45,490 nucleotides of DNA from Ancylonema sp. (Eukaryota). The translations under genes and the position numbers were made by a program. The stretch spans positions 62,001-107,490 of the forward strand of contig JBFLGF010000035.1 in NCBI GenBank assembly GCA_050230475.1. Reading direction: 5' to 3'. Below the pieces are notes generated by a model. It did no database searches. It was not told the origin of the DNA and saw nothing but the letters and a program-made list of their open reading frames with translations. Below, piece by piece: positions 1-9,779 of the stretch; within the stretch, counting starts at the first letter, position 1, and each line of letters begins with the position of its first letter.

Positions 1-1406
1 AACTTCAATAGAAGCTCAGCAAAATCCCAGGATGAGCTCGTGCCGCAGCGGTTGAATGAGGCGGTGGATGCAACCCTTCCACTTGCACCCCTCATCATCC
101 CGACAAGGAGATAAGGTGGGGGAGAATACAAATACCGAAAGGGCATGAGGTAAGATCCAGACGTGGAGAAGAAAAAAAAGCTCCACATGGGAAGGAGTCA
201 CGAAGAGGTTGCCGAGTGCAGTGATGGTAGCAATGCCACAACAAGCGGAGAGAGAGACAACTGGGAATCGATACCCATCGGGAAATGAGGCATTTTGGAT
301 TTTAATGTTGCTAATCAGTGCAGTAGCGCGACGGGGAAAGGTATCGGCTGGTCTGCGGAGAAGGATGGAACAGACCGAAGATCACCTTTGCGCCGGGCTA
401 TTACGAAATGATCCGGCCTTCTCACTAGGAACACATTTGACGTGCCACCAAGCCTTATGTGCTTCGACTAGTGGACATCAAGCCGAGTGTGGTGGTGCTA
501 ATGGAGGGGAGTGACGTTGTGGGCTGGGAGGAGCTCCTGAAGAATGTGGCTCACTGCCCCCTTCCCACTTTGGGCACAAAGATGTATCCTGCACGGAATT
601 TGCAGGGGCCTTTGGTGCATTGTCGGGTGTGTAGAACATGACATTGGGCGGCTAAGATGGTGCTCAGTGAGACTTGTGAAGTTGTCAAACGACCCATGGA
701 AGTGCCGTGACACAAAGGTTAGTACAAATACCCCATACTATTACTGAGTTTGAGGATATTCTCTACATTGAGCCTCATCGTCATAATTTTCATGGAGAAA
801 GCCTTTCCTGGTCCTCCATTTTATGGTGCAGAATCGTATCCAATTACATCTTTTTGGGACAATACGATTACATTAGTACATGAGTCTAGAGGTAGTGAAC
901 GAAGTTAGACTTTTAGACACGTCTCTTGCTAGGACGTATTACGGGTCCTTAAGTTTCAATTAACGACCGAAGGCCTTAGTTGGCCAAGGGGGATGATTGC
1001 GCCGCCATTTACGGCACCATATTCGCCAGACTCTGACACCAGGCGTACAGGCAGCACGTGACTGAGCAGACAAAGGAACACTCACTTGCTGCACTCAATA
1101 CACTATAACATAGACACACACGTAGGAAGATGCGGTGTCTTGAGAATATATTCCGATAGAGACAAATAAGTGAGATGCCTCCTGTCCTTTATGTATCACG
1201 AGCGATCACGGAAGCCAGCAATGCTACTCTGCTGTGTGCTTAGAATATGCTCTATTTCAGATATGTATTGTATCTAGCTCTTCTAGTGACATGCATGACG
1301 TAGCCATGGAAAATACTTGGCTAGTAATGCATTACTGGAATGTCAATGTGACCGGCATCCATTAGCAGCGCCGCAAGGAGATGTTGATCTGATAGAAACA
1401 GAGTAG

Positions 1407-1453
1407 TATAAAAGATTGTAACCTTTGTACTCAGACCTTAATAGGTCTTTGTA
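1407..1453 (+). promoter_or_regulatory. LTR TATA box (1407-1413) and predicted transcription start / self-primer (1440-1453) of element A
   Basis: TATAAAA begins 33 nt upstream of AATAGGTCTTTGTA, which is the exact reverse complement of 1664-1677. Element B shows the same geometry (32 nt). Confidence 0.6.
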
Positions 1454-1730
1454 CGCCTCGGGAACCGCTGCTAAAATGACTACTCAAATCCTTGTGTAAG
1501 TTTTACGTGAGTTCGGCTGGCTTTCAGCCTATGTGAATCTATAAGCATATGGAGTCCATTTGAATTGAAGTATCGATTGATTGAGTGTTACACTCTTAGT
1601 CACCTTAGAAGCGTCGGGCACTTTACGTCCAGGCCGAAGGCAAAGCCTTGCCATAGGCAGACTTACAAAGACCTATTCTATTGAGATAACTCAGAGTTTG
1701 GTACCAAAAGTAATCAGCATTTTTTAAGAG

Positions 1731-3105
1731 ATGAATAATAAAACTATAGATAGCACAGATGAGTACTGTCTTGGTCAACAAATATACAGGTTATTGAGGA
1801 GACAAGTCCACCTTGGAAGACCTAAAACCTTCAAGCTACTTTCTAGGGAGTCACTAATCGAAATGGCATATCGCTACGATGTGTCGTGTTATATACCATC
1901 GTGCTATGTTCTCACGTGCGCTTATGAATTATAACGAGTTTTGTTGTTATATGTGTTCACACGTGCGAATTCCATGTGAAACACGTGCGAATTCCATGTG
2001 AATCCCTTGTAATGGATGCAATCACATAAATACGCGTCTTAGCATATATTCGTCATACACACACGTGCGTGATAACATACATCACTTGCAAGCGACAAAT
2101 ATTATTTTCTAGTTTCCTATGGCAAGGCAATGCCGTTGGACTGAACGTAATGTTTTCGAAACAGTGCTTGTTAAATCTTTAAGAATCCCCACTTAATTCA
2201 AGGAACTCAATTGCAATAATATCACCAGCCGAATTCACTTCACAAATGCTTATTTACACGACAGTTCGAGTCAGATTTGTTCAGCGGTTCCCGAGGTCTA
2301 CAAAGACCTGTTAAGGTCAAGAGCACCTCTCTAGGCTATATAGGCTCTGACTTTCCTCTGGGCATATCTGACCAGCATCAGTATTGCGGCACCGCTAAAC
2401 GGCTGCACCGACATCTAGGCTAATGCATTCCTAGCCAAGTATTACGATGTTCTTGTCATGTACATAATATTGCAGCTAGTACAATGCATGACTACCGCAT
2501 GACTGATTTGAATTATGCTAATGCATTGCTGGCGTCTGTAGACGATCGCAGCAAATGCATATCCTGATGTTCGAACTACAAATACTTTGACACTATTGTA
2601 AGTGCATATATTTTTAGCACCCTGTCTATTTACGTGGACGTCAAGTTTACCATGCGTATTACGAAAGCATGCGTGTAACTTCTGGGCCGTAGCTGTCCGC
2701 AAAAAAATTCAGCGTGCGACAATGTCAGCGTGTCAGGCGCCGTAAATGGCGGAGCGAGTCCTACGATCGATTTCTAACTAAGACCTCAGTTAGACAACCA
2801 AAACTTAAGTTATCAATATTGGTCGGCGTACGTGCCAAATGGAGTCGTGAAGTTAGGTATCTTCGCGAGTGTATACCGTTACCTGAATTAAATTGCGTTC
2901 ATTCGTTTGAACGAGTGCTATTCTTGTATAGACACTTTCGTTGTTTAAGCACTAATGCTTGTTTTCCCTCTATATAACATCATATAGGCACACGATCGTT
3001 TGCGGTACGACAGATGGAATGGCGATGCCCTCCATCACATTAGGCCTGATGACTTCAAGGGAGCTGGCTCTAAGCCTGCGGCTATACATTACCATCCAGC
3101 ACCCC
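1731..3105 (+). pseudogene. gag-like remnant of element A, split by solo LTR S1
   Basis: Removing 1882-3012 plus one GATG gives FKLLSRESLIEMAYRYD-GMAMPSITLGLMTSRELALSLR. This aligns without gaps to element B FRAHPRESLVKLADRFDEVAEPLLTAGLMTTRGLALNLR. Confidence 0.75.
1882..3012 (-). mobile_element. Solo LTR S1 (1131 bp)
   Basis: Termini TGTCGT...ACGACA (6-bp inverted). GATG is duplicated at 1878-1881 and 3013-3016. Positions 2111-3012 are closely similar to 7699-8605. Strand is given relative to gag polarity. Confidence 0.9.
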
Positions 3106-3564
3106 TGCCACATGCGTCACGACTTCACAGACCGGTGGGAGAGCGCTTGGGATACATGGCAAGAGGAGTGCAAGACCGGTTGGACCCAAGACTGGACCAG
3201 CCAACGGTGGACACTTGAGAGTGCCATATGAGAAAGGAACAGCCCGCCACCCCGCCACCCCAGCACTGTACCTTCTGGGCCTGTACTACAGTCCGGGGGA
3301 AGATCTATCCCTATCAGGCACTGGACACATCTAGGCAAGCAGCCGTGTCAGTAGCGGAAGAGTCTAGGAACATCAGACTACACCAGCCAGGGCTACCAAT
3401 TCCAGGAGATGGCGCTGACTAAAACTTGGAGCTAGGGACGACGGACCAGCAGTTTCTGCCTACAAACCTGTTTCCTGAACAACCCATGGGAGATGGAGAG
3501 ATCATCTTCATGGAGACCCCGCTTCATTCTATGGCCCAACTACCACTGGCATGCACCAACCACG

Positions 3565-6230
3565 AGACGGTAAGGTTGCAACAAGAGGTGAGGGGGCACG
3601 ATTTGGCACGAAGGGAAAATGTCGTGGCCAGGTTGGCGGCCATCACCCCTCTTTCACGTCAACCTTGCTACCATCGTCCAAGTAGTCGGGAGATGAGATT
3701 CTTGGAGGCCTTTTGACTGCCCTTACAACTGGGAAATTCATCAGGTGCTACGATCATGTGGATCGAGACGCCACAAGCCGCCGCATAGAAGACGGGGCTA
3801 CACAATCTGCAACAACAATATTTTTTGACCGACCTACAACTCACTACACGCCGGCCTACATCCACAGTTGGACAAATAGGGCCATGCAGTATCTCCAACA
3901 ATCCCAACCATGGAGTGAAATATGAGGAGAAGTTGAGCGTTAAGGTGTTCAGGGGGGGTTTGACGGTGACGTCATCCCTTCGACAACAATGCCGACTTCC
4001 ACACCTCTCCACCAGCCACTTGACTCTCATCACTATCAGAGGTCGACCATTAAAAAAAAAAAAACGGAGGCGGTAAGGTTGAACAAGGAGGTGAGGGACC
4101 ACAACCTGGCACGAGGGGAGAATGTCGTAGTCAGGTTGGCAGCCGTTACCCCTCTTTCCCTTCCTCCCTTGCCTCCCTCCTCTAAATGATCGGATGATGT
4201 TTTAGATGGAGCATTTCCAATAAATACCGTGACAAATCATCATACGATGTAAGTTAAAGAGACTACATGCGATGGGCCTTTTTCGCTTTGTTGTGTTAGG
4301 AGTCATTCTGACTTCCTTGGCATTTGACTACACCGCCCATTGCTGCACATAGTGGAGCAAGATGCAATGAGCCGTCGCATCCGACATTCACAACGAGCAA
4401 TATGAGTACAAGTATCTCACCCAATGACTTCTACAGTTTTGGAGGCCTCATCAGCAGGGAAGCAGAGCTGGCAGCCACAGCGTCCAGCCATTTATTACGA
4501 GTATGCTCATGCCATGAGACGGTGAGGTTAAAAAGGCGGTGAGGGGGCATGATCTTGCACGAAGGGATAATTCCATGGTCAGGTTGGCAGCCATCACCCC
4601 TCTGTCCCTTCTGACCTTACCTCCATCCTCCATATAGATAGGTCCTCTATCAATGCCGCAACTATAAACCAAACATGTCCCTAGTTCACTGTTGGGGGAG
4701 AGTTCTGGAGGCGTGGAGACGCACCTTTGCGAGGCTGGTGATCAGCCCAGAGGAGTTGCTGAATTCAGGGGTTCCAGAAGATGACTTCTGACTTGAACCA
4801 GCCCTACTTCAACTTGCAGCCAGACAGATCCGGCATCTGAAGAGGATCTAGCTGCGGTACAACAACAAAAAGTGTGCAACAAAGGCTGCAGACGATGCAG
4901 CTCTACGCGATGTACGCGCAGCAGAGGGCTGCAGCGGTGGCAACACTTCTACCACCCTACACCCTCGTCTTCTCGGCTGGGAGACAAGGTCGACGCACGT
5001 GTTGCAGACGATGCAGCTCTGCAGTTAACGACGCAGCAGATGGCAGCAGCGGTGGCATCTACTTCACCCTACGCCTTTGTCCTCGCGGCTGGGAGACAAG
5101 GTGGACGCGCGTGTTGCAGACGGCGCTGGCAGCTGGATACGTAATACACCTGAGCACGAGATGCGTCACAGAAGTGGAGGCAATCCAACTCTGAACCCTC
5201 TTAACAACACACAAACTCACTCCCTCATCACCTCCAAACAAAAACGGGTCACTTACACCAACACCCTTATTTCCCCATCAAGGTCAAAATGGTATGGGGG
5301 GAGATGGACAGGAGGGGTATGGTGAATACACACCCACAGACGTGTGGGAGGAGCCAACATGAAGGACAGGGTCCTCATGTGGTACTAGGTCAGAAAGCCA
5401 CGACCCAGATTTTAGTGAGGGGTATGGCTATGCAAGGTGGCACCCAGGACCAGCGTGTCAACGACGGTGACGGGCGCTAAACAAGTCACTCTGCGTGGCT
5501 CCAGGCCAGGCATGGGGAATATTTACAAAAAGGGGAGAAACCAGCTCGCTTCCTCTACACATCTCTATGAATTGCTCAGAGTAGAACCAAAACCGACACT
5601 ACCATCATCATCATCTGCCAGAGAAGGAGCTGAGGGTGAGGGGGGGAGTGCACCACGTCCCCCTCAGCACCATAAAAGAAAATGGCAACATACACAAGTG
5701 GAGCTGCAGCAGTTCGTGACGCGGCAGTCATGCGGGGCTGCGCACGCAAGAAAAGGACAGAGGCATCCGCCAGTCCGCGGGGCTGCAACCACCCCAGCTA
5801 TCCCAAGAGCTACACCAGCGGTCGTTGCATGAGTGGCAGTGCGAGCTGCAAGGCTAGCAACAAGGAATGGGGAGGAGTACACACAGCCATCGAACCTCCA
5901 ACAAGGCCTTACTCCCCTCAAACATTGAACCATAAACCAACTTTACCCCCAGTCAAACCTGTTGCCAGCCATGGGGAGGGGAACAGAGGCGGTGAGACGT
6001 CGTTGGAGAAGTCAACATACATCGCCCATGCACCAAAACAGGTGGAGCTGGTAATCGACTGAAGAAATGGTTGCGGAGCAGGCCGCCGCTCAAGTACAAA
6101 AGAGGCTGCAAGTGAAGGGAGAGGTAAGGTTGAGCAAGGAGGTGAGGGACCACAACCTGGCACGAGGGGAGAATGACGTAGCCAGGTTGGCGGCCGTTAC
6201 CCCTCTTTCCCTTCCTACCTTGCCTCCAAC
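3565..6230 (+). repeat. Four dispersed copies of a ~100-bp module (near 3565, 4066, 4517, 6121)
   Basis: Shared GGTGAGGG..CAC/CAT.A..T.GCACGA.GGGA.AAT...G.CAGGTTGGC.GCC.T.ACCCCTCT, translating as VRLxxEVRxHxLARxENxVxRLAA(V/I)TPLS. Confidence 0.9.
4931..5132 (+). repeat. Tandem duplication of ~115 bp
   Basis: Two copies of GCAGCGGTGGCA...CGGCTGGGAGACAAGGT.GACGC.CGTGTTGCAGACG. Confidence 0.85.
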
Positions 6231-7021
6231 CTCGAGGGCCAATCAAGATGATGCATTGCAGCAGCTGACTACAGCGGTGACACATATCACCCACCCCAAA
6301 CTCCAGTCCTCCAAATGCAGGACCTAGCAATGGCGTCCAAAAATCTGCAGGGCCGCAAGGCCCCCTGGTCATCCCCAGAGCTGCAGCAACGGTCGCTACA
6401 TGACCGGCAGCGCCAGCTGGGAGAGGAGTCTGAAACTCCTTTGAACTTTAAATCATGCCTTACCCCCTTGGAACCAAAATTTGAAAGAGATTTGGGACCA
6501 AAACTGGAACCAGAACCAAAAACAGGGCATGTCCGGTGGCTGCAAAACAGCAGCCCGGAAAGGCGTAGCAAAGGAGATGTCTGCAACGGTGGCGTGGGTG
6601 ACACACAACCCTTCAGCCTTTCAAGTTCAAGACCTGGCAACAGAGCTGGCAGCGGCCTGAGTGCGGCCCAACAAGGCGCCATAGAGCACCGCTGCAACAT
6701 GAGGAGAAGGACCTGACAAAGGACCAACCAATGCACCAACGGTCATTGCATGAGATGCAGCACCTGCAGAGCCAGCATCTACAGAGGGGAGGAATACACA
6801 CCTATGCCCCCTCTAACTCTCAACCAAGGATCGGCACCCTATTCCACAAAAATCTGAAAATATAAACGGAACCCTCCTCACCCCTACTTGAACCACCTTT
6901 GGGGGGGGGTTCTGGAGGCTTGGAGCAAGGCTGGTCAGCAGCTCAAAGGGGCTGCTAGAAACAGAGGGGTCTACAGAGAATGCGGTCGCATAGGCAAAAA
7001 CGCAAGACTTGTAGTTTACTA

Positions 7022-7648
7022 CTAAGCCTTTTTGATGTGAGGGGGAATGTGCTCCCGCAGGTTGAGAGCCAACCCACGTGTTGTCATCAGTCCTGCGGTA
7101 AGGAGTGGCTCCGCCACTTCATCGAATCGATCGGCCAGCTTTACCAATGACTCTCTAGGATGCGCCCGAAAAGCGTGCAAGTCCTCACAGAAGGCGGCTG
7201 ATGCCATCTGAAACGCAGATCGGATGATCGCCAAGAAGTCCTCCAAATCTGCTGGCTCCTAGATAGGATCAGGCAACAGATCTGGTCGCGTAGGCATACC
7301 CGTCGTGTTGACCATGTACACACGTTTCAGATTGAAGACTGATTTCTCCATGTAGTAGTTCCTCTAGACCGCTCGATCTTCTTCCCTGGCTATAGCTTCC
7401 AGAATGTAGGGGTTGTCATCTTTGGTCCAACTCCACTTGTCCATGAAAAGGTCCAATAGCCTACGAGCCTGTCCACCAAGTAGATGGTAGAGGGTGTCCA
7501 TGTAGTCATATTGAGGTACTCCTCCGCCAAGGTGACGTTGCGGGTCATTCAGAATTGCCCTCCAGCCAACCTGTGCATCTTTAATGAAAATACGGCGTTG
7601 TGCATTACCCCCATCTCTTGAGAATAATTTCTCTAAACTCGTAGTCAT
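7022..7648 (-). pseudogene. gag/capsid-like reading frame of element B with internal stops
   Basis: ORFs 7364-7753 and 7022-7246 are in the same frame, lie directly downstream of an LTR, and are homologous to the element A remnant. The gag call rests on position and helical character, not on a domain search. Confidence 0.65.
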
Positions 7649-8605
7649 CTTGATTTTTTTATTTTTTTTTAAGACGAAAACGAGAACAGGTCTTTGTAAG
7701 TTTCCTATGGCAAGGCAATGCCGTTCGGTCTGAACGTGATGTGTTCGAAACAATAAATGTTATATCTCTAAGAATTCCCAATCAATTCAGGAAATTCGAT
7801 TGCAATAATATCACCAGCCGAATTCACTTCACAAATGCTTATCACACGATGGTTCGAGTCAAGATTTGTTCAGCGGTTCCCGAGGTCTACAAAGACCTGT
7901 TAAGGTCTGAAGAGCACCTCTCTAGGTTATATAGGCTCTGACTCTACTCTGGGCCTGTCGGACAAGCATCTTCTTCTCGGCACCGCTAGGCGGCTGCACC
8001 GACATCTAGGCTAATGCATTCCTAGTCAAGTATTACAATGTACTCGTCATGTACATCAATATTGCAACTAGGTACACATGGCTACCGCAAGACTGATCTG
8101 ATTCATGCTAATGCATTGCTGGCGTCTGTAAACGCTCGCAGCACATGCATATATTGCTATGAAAACCACAAATACTTTGGCACTATCGTAAGTGCACATA
8201 TTTGAGCACCCTGTCCATTCACGTGGACGTCTAGTATACAACTCGTGATACAAAAGCATAGGTGTAACTTTTGGACTGTAGCTACGTGCAGTTTGACAGG
8301 TCCGCCGACGATGTCAGCGTGTCAGGTGCTGTAAATGGCGGAGCGAGTCTTACGATCGATTTCTAACTAAGACCTTAGTTAGACAACCGAAACTTAAGTT
8401 GTCAATATTGTTGTTTGGCGCACGTGCCAAATAGAGACGTAAAATTAGGTATCTCCGCAAGCACATACCGTAACTCAAATTAAGTCGCGTTCATTCGTTT
8501 GAACGGGTGCTATTCTTTGTATAGGCACATACGTTGTTTAAGCACTAATGCTTGTTTTCCCTCTATATATCATCATATAGGCACACGATCGTTTTAGGTA
8601 TGACA
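7022..8605 (-). mobile_element. Truncated LTR retroelement B: 5' LTR 8605-7695, PBS-position motif 7694-7685, gag-like region
   Basis: On the minus strand the LTR runs TGTCATACC...AAACTTACA and is followed by AAGACCTGTT and an ATG at 7648. The LTR is homologous to S1. Confidence 0.8.
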
Positions 8606-8748
8606 GTATACACTCAGTATTAGTACTATGTCTGTATGTATTACACACCATATGTACATTCATACAAGCATAAATGTGCATACATGCGTATGCACGTTTT
8701 TTTAGTCCCTCCTCAAAAACTCCAAAATGAGCTACAGTCTCGTCAAGC

Positions 8749-9210
8749 CTCGTCATGGGCACACATTTGGGACATGTGTGCCAATAACGTATATTAATAT
8801 GTACGTTCTGGATACGCATTACAGGCACGTTTGCTAGGGGCTTGACGTCAGATGTGCCTGTCAATAGGAAAATTAAGAAATTTGCTCCTAGAGCACGGGA
8901 ACATTGTCCGTCAAGTTGCTAAACTTTTTACCACACGCAATTTCGACTAATTGGCCACGGGCTCGATTGGTACGTGAGTAGGTACAACTTTTTTATAGCC
9001 ACTCTTATGAAAAACACGAAGTATATGACGTGCGTCAATCTAGGCCCCACCCTCCGTCAATATGTGTTAAGAGGTCATATTTTGAGATCGACCTTTTTTT
9101 AATGCCTAAAACGTGGTGTGCTAGTGCCTATTTGGCAAGGGAAAGTCGATATATGCCAATTTGGTGCCTCGAACGTGGTATGTGCCTACAACGAGTGTGC
9201 CCATGACGAG
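8749..9210. mobile_element. MITE-like element with 16-bp TIRs
   Basis: CTCGTCATGGGCACAC at 8749-8764 and its reverse complement at 9195-9210. Subterminal TGCCT(A) motifs. A second copy lies at 16509-17014. Confidence 0.8.
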
Positions 9211-9779
9211 AATTTGTTGTATTTTCCATCAATTATCTGCCCCACTATGTTACCTGAAGTGTCCGCCATACTGGTCTAGAGCAACAATCAGGATTTTCTC
9301 TAATCACACAAGTTAGGAACGCACTTGCGTGTAAAGCAAACAATAATCCATTGAGTGCAAATGATCCATTGAGTGCAATTCACATTCACACTCTTGCATA
9401 GACTATACACGACTCATACGATGATGAGAAGGACACGCACAGCCTTAATTGATTATGGCAACAATGTTTTGCCTATATGCTCGAGGAGTGCCGGATGCTT
9501 GGCGAACACTAAAAACCGTTAATCAACCTACGGTACACCTACGGTATCAATGCGTTCATATCAGCCGACACTATGCATATTCCGTACACATAATTCAAGT
9601 GAAACTCTGACAAGCGCGAATTCAACTCATGAAAACGTAACTAAATGACGAATCAACTTCCCATCACATTCTCCATCTCGAACACGGCTGGAAATAAAGC
9701 ATATTCAGATAACAACCGGATAACCGGAGTCTAACACACCCTCTTAATCTGATTTGCCCAGCCACTTCACAACTAAGCA

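Larger units (their letters stand above)
900..7020 (+). mobile_element. Degenerate LTR retroelement A (probably gypsy-like, non-autonomous): 5' LTR ~900-1667, PBS-position motif 1668-1677, decayed gag and modular internal repeats; outer limits approximate
   Basis: About 940-1677 is a diverged reverse-complement homologue of 7685-8400 and 32974-33690. The LTR ends ...GACTTACA and is followed by gag-like peptides homologous to element B. No RT or integrase was recognised internally. Confidence 0.7.

Noticed and set aside
1..880. Short ORFs or possible LINE remnant
   Set aside because: No recognisable motif in the frames examined.
2100..2135. Helitron 3' end (CTAG plus hairpin) or splice acceptor at the short/long junction
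   Set aside because: TG...CA ends with TSDs indicate LTRs, and CTAG/AG is not conserved in S4 or S5.
940..2810. Large foldback (long-TIR) transposon
   Set aside because: The arms are two different LTR copies: S1 is nested antisense in element A with its own TSD.
3565..6230. CRISPR-like repeat array
   Set aside because: Eukaryotic context, long degenerate units, irregular spacing and no cas genes.
2111..8605. One LTR element bounded by direct repeats 2111-3012 and 7699-8605
   Set aside because: S1 is a TSD-flanked solo, no PPT adjoins it, and the sequence after 3017 continues element A gag on the opposite strand.
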